Shown here: positions 8,421-16,668 of the stretch, in pieces
Position numbering within the stretch: position 1 is the first letter of the stretch
Layout: each line of letters opens with the position of its first letter
DNA from: an uncultured Candidatus Saccharibacteria bacterium
GTDB taxonomy: Bacteria; Patescibacteriota; Minisyncoccia; Phycocordibacterales; Zambryskibacteraceae
Reading direction: 5' to 3'
Length of the DNA stretch: 64,000 nt
Assembly: GCA_964618905.1 (NCBI GenBank)
Contig: CAZUDK010000003.1
Coordinates: forward strand, 9,783 to 73,782
The notes under the pieces: generated by a model
Database searches by the model: none
Seen by the model: the letters and a program-made list of their open reading frames with translations, nothing else
Told to the model about the DNA's origin: nothing
Made by a program: the position numbers and the translations under genes

Positions 8421-8440
8421 CGATTCCCCACAGGGACCCG
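8421..8440 (+). repeat. degenerate inverted copy of the tRNA-Glu T-loop/acceptor 3' half (ttcgattccccacagggacc)
   Basis: 17 of 20 nt match TTCGATTCCCCGTAGGGTC in the opposite orientation. Confidence 0.45.
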
Positions 8441-8489
8441 TCAACATTGCTAAAATCGGAGTGCTCCGCACCCCAATTAAAGCAAGTTG

Positions 8490-8561
8490 TGACCCTACGG
8501 GGAATCGAACCCCGATTACCGCCTTGAGAAGGCGATGTCCTAACCGTTAGACGATAGGGCC
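8490..8561 (-). tRNA. tRNA-Glu (anticodon CTC), no encoded CCA
   Basis: Cloverleaf folded by hand: acceptor GGCCCTA/TAGGGTC, 3-bp D-stem as in E. coli tRNA-Glu, anticodon loop TTCTCAA, T-arm CGGGG TTCGATT CCCCG. Confidence 0.75.
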
Positions 8562-8646
8562 TCAAACGTAGAAACAATAGCGGAAAATAGGCGGATTTTC
8601 AACATGGCGGTAAGATATACCCCTTCATTGCGTTTAATAACTTACT

Positions 8647-9048
8647 ATGAACAAAACAATATCAGCAATATTAATAATCATTGTTGTCATTATTGCGGGG
8701 TACTTCCTCTTCTTCAGGAACGGAGGAATAGATTACACTTCTGATGATGGAGGAGCAGCTGTTAATGATGCTTTAAACGGCAATAACAGCAATCAGGAAG
8801 AGCCTATGTCTATTGAAGACTATATATCCACCAATATTTCAAGCTTAGTCGGAGATAATGCGGATATTTCAACAGAAGGAGTTAGTTTCGATGTAACTAG
8901 TGTAGAGGCTGTTGACGGTACCGGTACGGCATACTTTGACGATGGAACTAATTCTTACATGGCAGATTTCACCTATTCTATAGATGAGAATGGCGTTATA
9001 AGCATTAATTCATTCACAGTCTATCCAATTATCGGAGAAAAGGGTTAG
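8647..9048 (+). CDS. hypothetical membrane-anchored protein (133 aa)
   Basis: N-terminal TM (ILIIIVVIIAGYFLFF) followed by a D/G/S/T-rich ectodomain. Confidence 0.4.
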   Translation: MNKTISAILIIIVVIIAGYFLFFRNGGIDYTSDDGGAAVNDALNGNNSNQEEPMSIEDYISTNISSLVGDNADISTEGVSFDVTSVEAVDGTGTAYFDDGTNSYMADFTYSIDENGVISINSFTVYPIIGEKG

Positions 9049-9063
9049 AGATTATTTACCTAA

Positions 9064-10806
9064 TCAATTGAAAGGCGAAGGCGGGGGCCCTTCTCTATCA
9101 GGCGGAATCTCGTAATAGCTGATAAGGAATTTGGCAGTATTGAAGAATGCATCGGTTAATGTCTCTGAAGCATATTGCACATCCTTTGGGTAATAGGTGT
9201 ATAAGAAGATCAAAAATTTCGGATCATAAGATGGGAAGTATCCGAAAAATGAGTGCAGGTATCTATTTTGGTAGTAGCCTCCACCGCCTTCTTTAGCAAT
9301 TTGAGCTGTACCGGTTTTAGCACCGATACTGTATCTATCAAGACGCATGCTTCCCTCTCTTAAAACATAATCAACAGAAGCAGTAAGCATGCGTGAAATT
9401 TCTTCTGAAGTTTCCGGCTTGATAACCTGTTTTCCTTTAGGATACTCAATAGTTTTTGAAGTGCCGAGGTCGTATTTTATTTCTTTCACAAGATGAGGCT
9501 TGATGAGGTAGCCTCCATTAGCTAGTGAGGAAAGAGCTCTTGTGGTGATTATGGGAGTCAAAGCTATACCTTGTCCGAAAGAGGCTTCAGCAAGCTCCAG
9601 ATCTCTACCTGTGCTGAGATTCGAGATGAGCGATTTGCCTTCATTCGGCAGATCTATATCTGTAAGTTCCCCGAGAGCGAAATTCTTCATATAATCCGCA
9701 AATTTTTTATTACCCATTTTCGAGACTACAAAAGCTGCGCCGGTATTGAGAGAATAAGAGAGCACTTCCTGCATTGTTACCGCAGAGCCATGAGACTCGC
9801 CGTCATAATTGCAGAATGTCTTAGTGTTGAGAGTCATGCAGCCGGGGTCATTAAAAGTAGTATTTGCGGTTATGACACCAGAATCCAGCCCTGACGCAAT
9901 TGTGAGAGCTTTAATTATCGAACCCATTTCATATCTGTCTTCGACAAGCTTGTCTCTGAAAACAGCCGAGCTCTCTTGTTCCTCCGGAGCATTAGGATCA
10001 AAAGGAGGCCACTGAGCCATAGCTCTTATCTCACCGGTCTTTGGGTCGATAATTATGCCTCCGCTAAATTCAGAATGATATTGCTCTTCGATTTTCTCCA
10101 ATTGCTGCTCTAGGAAAGCTTGAACTGAAGGTTCTAGGGTTGTGACTATGTCGCCTTCCAAGCTGTTTTCTTTTGAAACACTCTTTTTGATATTGGAAAA
10201 CATTTCTACGAAGAAATTAACAAATGCGCTGTCTCCCTCGCGGTCCAGAGTTGAATCGTAATATCTTTCCAACCCGTATCGTCCAGATAAAACATTGCCT
10301 TTATACCCCATGAAGCCTATTGTGTGCGCTGCCATTTCTTTTCCGGGGTATACTCGCCACCTCTGCCTAAATACTGAAATTCCTGGAATACCTAAATCCT
10401 GTATCTTTTCTGCAGTATCTTCTGAAAGGTGTTCTGCTACAACTTCATAAGGGTCATCTTTCTTGCCTGCTCTGGCAAAGAAATCATCATGGTCAATTGG
10501 TGTGATGACTGAAAGTTTGCTGTATGCTTCCTGGGCAGTAGAATTCGTTTGAAGAATTCTAGGATTTATAGAAAGCAAAAAGCCGGACTCCACAGTAGCT
10601 GCCGGTACGAGAACACCGTCTTTGGTGGTGAAGAAAATAGAGCCTCTGTCGAAGTAGTTTGCTCCTGCTACATATTGATGTTCCGCTCTCTCTCTAAAGG
10701 TGTCTCCAGATACGATTTGTATAAAATACAGTTTGGTTATCAGAATCAGGGCTATTACTAGTATTCCGATCGAAAGTAGGCGTAGTCTTAAGTGGAATTC
10801 TTTCAT
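9064..10806 (-). CDS. ftsI: penicillin-binding protein 2/FtsI-type peptidoglycan D,D-transpeptidase
   Basis: N-terminal TM. SxxK (SIIK), SxN (SLNTG) and KTG (KTGTAQ) motifs. Lies in a dcw cluster context. Confidence 0.85.
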   Translation of the reverse strand: MKEFHLRLRLLSIGILVIALILITKLYFIQIVSGDTFRERAEHQYVAGANYFDRGSIFFTTKDGVLVPAATVESGFLLSINPRILQTNSTAQEAYSKLSVITPIDHDDFFARAGKKDDPYEVVAEHLSEDTAEKIQDLGIPGISVFRQRWRVYPGKEMAAHTIGFMGYKGNVLSGRYGLERYYDSTLDREGDSAFVNFFVEMFSNIKKSVSKENSLEGDIVTTLEPSVQAFLEQQLEKIEEQYHSEFSGGIIIDPKTGEIRAMAQWPPFDPNAPEEQESSAVFRDKLVEDRYEMGSIIKALTIASGLDSGVITANTTFNDPGCMTLNTKTFCNYDGESHGSAVTMQEVLSYSLNTGAAFVVSKMGNKKFADYMKNFALGELTDIDLPNEGKSLISNLSTGRDLELAEASFGQGIALTPIITTRALSSLANGGYLIKPHLVKEIKYDLGTSKTIEYPKGKQVIKPETSEEISRMLTASVDYVLREGSMRLDRYSIGAKTGTAQIAKEGGGGYYQNRYLHSFFGYFPSYDPKFLIFLYTYYPKDVQYASETLTDAFFNTAKFLISYYEIPPDREGPPPSPFN

Positions 10807-10871
10807 AGCGTTTGCTTGGGCGAATTTTGAAACTTAATTTTACCGCAACCGCTCTCGTGTGCCTAATTTAT

Positions 10872-11195
10872 TTAATTGTTTTGAGTATTGTATGAGAGAG
10901 TACCTGCGCTTCCTCTTGAGATATAAATAGGTTCGGAAGCATTATGAAGGCCGCGAGCGTAAGCCATCTCGATATTTATTCCTTGGCTCTTTTGAATGCG
11001 AGCAAATTCAAGATTACTCTGCTCCACAGACAGTCTGGCGACCTCAGTTTCAAGTCCTTGTCTGAGTGCAGTGTTTCTTATGGTCATATTTACAGCGTAT
11101 ATATAAACAGATAGTGAGATTATGCAAATTGAAGTCAAAACCCAAAAGACTTTGATGCGCGCATCGTATGAAATTATTTTTGTTTTGTATGCCAT
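10872..11195 (-). CDS. FtsL-like cell division membrane protein
   Basis: Small bitopic protein with a coiled-coil ectodomain, between rsmH and ftsI. Confidence 0.45.
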   Translation of the reverse strand: MAYKTKIISYDARIKVFWVLTSICIISLSVYIYAVNMTIRNTALRQGLETEVARLSVEQSNLEFARIQKSQGINIEMAYARGLHNASEPIYISRGSAGTLSYNTQNN

Positions 11196-11208
11196 ATTTT
11201 GATGTACT

Positions 11209-12108
11209 TTAAATTTTTCTTAATCCTCGAAGCTTGGCGCTCCTTGATCTTTTATTCACTACTTTTTCCTCTTCGGAAGGTGTAATGGGTTTTTTGGTCA
11301 ATATCTCCCCTTCACCTGCTCTGCTCTTTTCTCTGAAGAAATTTTTTACCAGTCTGTCTTCGAGTGAATGGAATGAGATGACCGCGAATCTCCCGCCCGC
11401 TCTCAGATTCTTAAAGCCTGCTTCAAGTCCTTTCTCAAGAGTGTCTAGCTCCTGATTGGCTGCTATACGCAGAGCTTGGAAGACTCTTGTTGCTGGATGA
11501 ATCTTGTTTCTGTGATAAGAGGCTGGAGTAGCTTCTTTGAGAACTTCAACAAGATCAAAAGTTGTAGCAAAAGGTCCTCTCTCTTCCCTTCTCTCGACAA
11601 TTTTCCTGGCTATTTTCCTTGAATATTTTTCTTCGCCGAACCCTCGGAAGATGATTTCCAGAGTGTTTTCGTCAAAAGTATTCAGTATCTCTTTGGCAGT
11701 CAGATCTTCTTCATCAGGGTTGCTCTTCATGGTCATCAGCAGCGGTTCATCTTTTAAGAAAGAGAATCCTCTGCCAGACTCTTCGAGCTGATCGGAAGAG
11801 ATGCCGAGATCGAACAGAATGGCATCCACTTCTGAAACGCCGAGTTCATCAAGAACTGATTCCAAGTCTTTGAAGCTGGCAACCACTCCTGTAAAGTCGA
11901 TTCCAAGCGGCTCAAGGCGGCTTCGGCTTCTAGCTACAGCGTCTTCATCTCTGTCTAAGCCGATAATCCTTACTTTGCCACTGGATTTTTCAGCTATGTA
12001 TGCCGAGTGTCCGCCGGAGCCGAGAGTACCATCTAAGAAAGTCTCGCCGGCTTGTATATTCAAGAGATCAGAGACCTCATGTAAAAGAACTGGTATGTGT
12101 TTATGCAT
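11209..12108 (-). CDS. rsmH: 16S rRNA (cytosine1402-N4)-methyltransferase RsmH/MraW
   Basis: HIPVLLHEV...DGTLGSGGHS ... GLDRDEDA ... DLGISSDQL. Confidence 0.9.
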   Translation of the reverse strand: MHKHIPVLLHEVSDLLNIQAGETFLDGTLGSGGHSAYIAEKSSGKVRIIGLDRDEDAVARSRSRLEPLGIDFTGVVASFKDLESVLDELGVSEVDAILFDLGISSDQLEESGRGFSFLKDEPLLMTMKSNPDEEDLTAKEILNTFDENTLEIIFRGFGEEKYSRKIARKIVERREERGPFATTFDLVEVLKEATPASYHRNKIHPATRVFQALRIAANQELDTLEKGLEAGFKNLRAGGRFAVISFHSLEDRLVKNFFREKSRAGEGEILTKKPITPSEEEKVVNKRSRSAKLRGLRKI

Positions 12109-12145
12109 CGGACTTTTAGCTTTAACCCTTTTAACTGAAGGCTTA

Positions 12146-12580
12146 TCAGTTTATGCCGACAGTACCTAGCTTCTCTGCCATCATGTCCGCCTGGGACTCT
12201 ATCCTCTTCTTGTAAGTATCCCAGCGCTTGTCCTGCCAGATTTCTATGCGGTCATGAACTCCTGCAAAGACTGCCAGATTCTTAATTCCTCCAAACTCTC
12301 TCAAGTAGTCTGGAATAAGGATTCGGCCCATAGAGTCCACGTCTATTTCTGAAGCGCCGGAGAACATGAATCGGGTAAAGCCTCGGCTGTCCGTCTGCAT
12401 CAGTCCGAGCTTGGACATCTCTTTCGAGATCTCCTCCCACGTCTTGTGAGGAAAGAGGAAGAGACAATTATCTAGGCCACGGGTAACCACCACTTTCTTG
12501 CCAAGTTCTTTTTTAAATTTGGCCGGCAGCAAAATGCGGTTCTTGTCGTCTACTGTGTGTCTGTATTCGCCTATGAACAT
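12146..12580 (-). CDS. mraZ: transcriptional regulator MraZ
   Basis: Duplicated DxxxR motifs (VDDKNRILLP and VDSMGRILIP). Confidence 0.9.
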   Translation of the reverse strand: MFIGEYRHTVDDKNRILLPAKFKKELGKKVVVTRGLDNCLFLFPHKTWEEISKEMSKLGLMQTDSRGFTRFMFSGASEIDVDSMGRILIPDYLREFGGIKNLAVFAGVHDRIEIWQDKRWDTYKKRIESQADMMAEKLGTVGIN

Positions 12581-12804
12581 AATGAATTTGTCTCATACCA
12601 CTTTCTCCCACTTAGTTGATATTTTATCCCACCAAGCGCCACATTAATAGACGAGTTATCCACATTTTTCTGTCCTATATCTGATACAACTGTCTTTTTG
12701 CTTATGTAAATGTCTGGAATATGAATAATGTCCTTGCCTGCCCCGTAGGAAGCGAAGCTTTCCTTTGGGGTCCTATAGGATTTGTCTTTTGTTTCAGATC
12801 AATT

Positions 12805-12838
12805 AAAAAACACAGAGCCTTTGACTCTGTGTTTTTTT
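12805..12838. terminator. bidirectional terminator (aaaaaa cacagag cctttga ctctgtg ttttttt)
   Basis: Perfect stem flanked by an A-run and a T-run, downstream of gyrB. Confidence 0.6.
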
Positions 12839-12861
12839 AAGTTTTAAATCTTTAAGAAGTT

Positions 12862-14952
12862 TTAGACGTCCAGTGTGGCCTTCTTAGCGTTCGATTGGAT
12901 GAAGCTCTTTCTTGCAGGAACATCTGTACCCATTAGAACATCGAAGATGCGGTCTGCTTCGCGTGCGTCTTCTACTGCTACTTGTTTGAGCACTCGCCTC
13001 TCTGGGTCCATAGTAGTTTCCCACAACTCGTCTGAGTTCATTTCTCCAAGACCTTTGTATCTTTGGATTGAGAATTTCTTGGACTTAGTAGATTTCTTAT
13101 CTTCTTTATCCTCTGTTTCGACCTCCTCTTCTTCGCTCTCTGGTCTGTCTTCTTCAACTTCCTCAACTTCGGCGTTCTTACCGACTATTCCTTCTTTGTC
13201 TTCGTCGCTGTATGCATAATATATAGCCTTGCCTTGGCGGATCTTGTATAGAGGCGGCTGAGCAATGTAAACGAATCCTGCATCAATTAGAGGTCTGAAA
13301 TATCTATAAAGAAGAGTCAGAAGAAGAGTGCGGATATGCGCGCCGTCTACGTCCGCATCGGTGGCGATGATGATCTTGTGATAGCGGAGCTTTTCTATAT
13401 CAAATGTGTCGCCTATGGCTGTGCCGAAAGCTACCACTAGGTTTTTGATCTGTTCGCTGGAGAGCATTCTGTCGAGTCGGGCTCTTTCTATGTTCAAAAT
13501 TTTGCCTCGAAGCGGCAGGATGGCCTGGATCTTTCTGTCTCGGCCCATCTTAGCAGTACCGCCTGCCGAGTCTCCCTCTACAATGAACAATTCTGAATTA
13601 TCCGCAGAGCGGGATTCGCAGTCTGCCAATTTGCCCGGCAGGGTCATTCCTTCAAGAGCACCTTTGCGAAGGACGGAATCCTTAGCTGCCTTGGCGGCTT
13701 TCCTTGCCTTCAGAGCCAGCACTACTTTCTGGATTATAGCTTTGGCATCATCAGGATTTTCTTCAAGGAAGGTTGAGAAAGCATCACCAAACACTGATGT
13801 CACCATGCTTTGAGCTTCCACTGAGCCAAGTTTGCCCTTAGTCTGACCTTCAAACTGTATTTCCTGAAGCTTTACTGAGACTACGGCAGTTAAACCTTCC
13901 AAGACATCATCTCCAGTGAAGTTGTCTTCTTTCTCACTTACAAGATTATTCTTGCGGGCATAGGTATTGAGGCTTCTGGTAAGAGCTGTCTTGAAGCCTG
14001 TGATGTGCGTACCGCCTTCAGCTGTGTATATATTGTTTGCGAACGGCAGGATTCTGGCGGAAATGTCATCAACATACTGAAGAGCTACTTCAACAGTCTC
14101 GTATTCATTTTGGCCTGCCGCCTTTTCTACGTAAAAGATATTCTTGTGTATAGGCTTTTGATGCTGATTTTCAAATCTTACGAGAGAGACAAGTCCGCCT
14201 TCAAAATAGAAAGACATCGAAGGTGTCTCCAGTCCAAGCTCTCTAATGTAGAAAGTTTCAGTATCTTTTATATCTGAAATTTCTCTAGCATCTATGATGC
14301 TTATGCGGAGCTTTTTAACTAAGTATGCCTGTTGGCGCAGATGATCTACGATCTTGTTGAATTTAAAATCTGTGTCCGGGAAAATTTCTGGATCTGGTTG
14401 GAATGTAATGATAGTCCCCTGCTTTTTAGATGCGCTGATCTTTTTTACAGGTCCTTTTTTCTTACCTCTTGAGTATTCTTGGACATATCTGCCGCCGTCC
14501 TTGTGCACTTCGGCGCGGCAATATACTGAAAGGGCGTTGACGACCGAACCGCCCACACCATGAAGACCTCCGGAGACTTTATAGCCTTCCCCTCCGAATT
14601 TTCCTCCAGCATGCAGAGTGGTCATGATGGTCTCGAGAGCGGAGACTTTGCTTTGTTTGTGTATGTCTACAGGAATTCCTCGACCATTGTCTGTGACGCG
14701 AATTTTGTTACCCGGAAGAAGTGTTACTTCTATATCATCGGCGAATCCGCCCATGGCTTCATCGCGAGAGTTGTCAAAAATCTCCCACACCATGTGGTGC
14801 AGGCCTTCCGGACCGGTAGTGCCGATATACATTCCGGGGCGCTTGCGTACCGGTTCAAGACCTTCCAGAACTGTAATAGATTCGGCGCTGTAGTTGCTGC
14901 TCTTTCCCCCGCCAGAACGGCTAGGTTTTTCTTGTCGGGCTGGTTTCGGCAT
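12862..14952 (-). CDS. gyrB: DNA gyrase subunit B (type IIA topoisomerase ATPase subunit)
   Basis: GHKL ATPase (GLHHMVWEIFDNSRDEA), a Toprim (EGDSAGG) and the C-terminal QRYKGLGEMN tail. Confidence 0.9.
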   Translation of the reverse strand: MPKPARQEKPSRSGGGKSSNYSAESITVLEGLEPVRKRPGMYIGTTGPEGLHHMVWEIFDNSRDEAMGGFADDIEVTLLPGNKIRVTDNGRGIPVDIHKQSKVSALETIMTTLHAGGKFGGEGYKVSGGLHGVGGSVVNALSVYCRAEVHKDGGRYVQEYSRGKKKGPVKKISASKKQGTIITFQPDPEIFPDTDFKFNKIVDHLRQQAYLVKKLRISIIDAREISDIKDTETFYIRELGLETPSMSFYFEGGLVSLVRFENQHQKPIHKNIFYVEKAAGQNEYETVEVALQYVDDISARILPFANNIYTAEGGTHITGFKTALTRSLNTYARKNNLVSEKEDNFTGDDVLEGLTAVVSVKLQEIQFEGQTKGKLGSVEAQSMVTSVFGDAFSTFLEENPDDAKAIIQKVVLALKARKAAKAAKDSVLRKGALEGMTLPGKLADCESRSADNSELFIVEGDSAGGTAKMGRDRKIQAILPLRGKILNIERARLDRMLSSEQIKNLVVAFGTAIGDTFDIEKLRYHKIIIATDADVDGAHIRTLLLTLLYRYFRPLIDAGFVYIAQPPLYKIRQGKAIYYAYSDEDKEGIVGKNAEVEEVEEDRPESEEEEVETEDKEDKKSTKSKKFSIQRYKGLGEMNSDELWETTMDPERRVLKQVAVEDAREADRIFDVLMGTDVPARKSFIQSNAKKATLDV

Positions 14953-15026
14953 GTTGTTTTAAGTGCTTATATTTTAGCACAAATCCAGCTTAAAAGAAAG
15001 GTATTTCAGAGGCTTTTTGAGCATGG

Positions 15027-15060
15027 AAAACCCCGCCTGAACATAAAGCTCGGGCGGGGC
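15027..15060 (-). terminator. hairpin terminator (ccccgcc ... ggcgggg) on the minus strand
   Basis: GC stem with a T-run on the minus strand, directly after the 106-aa ORF. Confidence 0.5.
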
Positions 15061-15072
15061 TAACTGCAGAAT

Positions 15073-15393
15073 TCATGGAGCAAACCACTGACAAATGTCA
15101 GCAGTGAGAAAGTGCTCTGCCATCTCCTTGAACTCTTCCTCGGTCAGGAGATGTTCCACACCATCGTACCAAACTCTGATGTTGCGAATGCTCCCTACGA
15201 AGTCAACTTTCATGAGATGTTGACCTTGGTAGTCTGGCTCATCTGGCAGGGCTGTGTTGCCTGCATGAGGCTTGTGAACATATATCATACCGTCCATCGG
15301 CAGTACGCGGAAAGTGCCTTCCGGCCACACTCGCGCCGCTTTGTTCACCACGCGCCTCAGATAGTTGTACACACGGCTTTCAATGGTCTCCAC
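15073..15393 (-). CDS. hypothetical 106-aa protein (GC-rich cassette)
   Basis: About 50% GC, with its own terminator and a TTGACT-type promoter upstream. No motif recognised. Confidence 0.4.
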   Translation of the reverse strand: METIESRVYNYLRRVVNKAARVWPEGTFRVLPMDGMIYVHKPHAGNTALPDEPDYQGQHLMKVDFVGSIRNIRVWYDGVEHLLTEEEFKEMAEHFLTADICQWFAP

Positions 15394-15466
15394 TTTGTCT
15401 CCCTCTTCTGCTGGTGAAAGAAATGTTCCAGTAGAACCTTACAATAAACAATCTCAAAGTCAAAGG

Positions 15467-16609
15467 TTACTCTCGGCGGATTTCGGCGCCGAAATCCGCC
15501 TCTGTCTTATCCTCGATTTGCTGCTGAATTTTGTTAACCTCTTCGTTGGTCAATGTTTTCTCCAAGTCTCTGTAGGTGATGCGGTAGGTGTAGCTTTTTC
15601 TGTCTTTGCCAAACTTGTCATCGTTCTCGTATTCGTCGATCAGAGCCACCTCTTCTATGAGATCGCCTCCGACGTCCCGTATCAGGTCGAAGTAGTCGTT
15701 CGGTACGAAGCTCTTAGACACAATAAAAGATATGTCTCGAACCACCGGTGGAAATTTTGAAACTTCCTTGTACTTTTGCCCTAGAACCATCTGCTTCTTC
15801 ACTCGTTCATCGTCTGACCACAGGAGGCGAATGTCAGGAAGATCCATGCTTATCATCGCCCAGCGTTCAATGCCGGAGCCGAAGGCCCACCCGTTATATA
15901 CAGAAGAATCTATACCGAGCTTCTCAAGAACAGAAGGCTTCACTACCCCGCTGCCGAGTATCTCAAGCCAGTCATCTCCTCTCTTAACCTCAATTTCGGT
16001 TGAAGGATGAGTGTATGGGAAAGTTTCTTCCGCGAAGCGGAATTCTGTTTCTGGTCCAAAAACAGCCTTTACTATCTTTGTCTCTACATCTTGAAGATCC
16101 TTGAGGGTTATTTCTTTCTCTGTCTTTGGCACAAGGTAAAGACCGTCAATTTGGTGGAAGACGTTCATGTGCTTGCGGTCTATTTCGTCTTTCCTGTAAA
16201 CCTTGCCGTGGCAGAAAACTCCTATTGTCTCTCTGTTAGCCATCTTCTCTTTGGCTCTTTCTGAGTTTAGATAGTAGTACCAATAAACTGTGGTATGAGG
16301 ACGCAGAATATATTCATCATTTACATAGTATGTGTCAGATCTGCTCCTTGCTGGATGATCTTGAGCAAAGTCGAAAAGGTCAAAGGCGATGCTGGTTGGC
16401 ACTATCTCAGGTACCTGGGCTATGTCGAAGTCTTTAAAGTCCGGAATTTCGGTTATTCTCTCGACTAGCTGCTCTAAGGGGTTGCCCGGAGTCCTCGATA
16501 GGTCAGGCATAGCGAGGAAGCGCTTGAGTCTCTCTGATTCTGGATCATGTTTTGATTCAAGCTCAACCTTAAGAGCCTCTTCCTCTGGTGAATCTATCTT
16601 TATATTCAT
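15467..16609 (-). CDS. pheS: phenylalanine--tRNA ligase, single-chain FARS2-like form (PheS catalytic core fused to a C-terminal FDX-ACB anticodon-binding domain)
   Basis: RPHTT (compare RTHTS), FHQIDGLY, GSGVVKP..LEKLGID...GWAFGSGIERWAMI, then FPPVVRDISFIV...GKDRKSYTYRITYRD...TLTNEEVN...ADFGAEIR. The N-terminus is short, with no coiled-coil arm. Confidence 0.8.
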   Translation of the reverse strand: MNIKIDSPEEEALKVELESKHDPESERLKRFLAMPDLSRTPGNPLEQLVERITEIPDFKDFDIAQVPEIVPTSIAFDLFDFAQDHPARSRSDTYYVNDEYILRPHTTVYWYYYLNSERAKEKMANRETIGVFCHGKVYRKDEIDRKHMNVFHQIDGLYLVPKTEKEITLKDLQDVETKIVKAVFGPETEFRFAEETFPYTHPSTEIEVKRGDDWLEILGSGVVKPSVLEKLGIDSSVYNGWAFGSGIERWAMISMDLPDIRLLWSDDERVKKQMVLGQKYKEVSKFPPVVRDISFIVSKSFVPNDYFDLIRDVGGDLIEEVALIDEYENDDKFGKDRKSYTYRITYRDLEKTLTNEEVNKIQQQIEDKTEADFGAEIRRE

Positions 16610-16668
16610 AAGTTGAAATTATGCCATAAAACATCTATAATGTATAAGATTTAGAGCAATTCAGCCAC

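Noticed and set aside
8323-8577. 84-aa ORF on the minus strand
   Set aside because: It overlaps the tRNA-Glu gene and the tRNA-derived repeats, and reading a tRNA sequence as protein is spurious.
16610-16668. T-box leader upstream of pheS
   Set aside because: Only 59 bp separate pheS from the divergent GT2 gene, too short for a T-box riboswitch.
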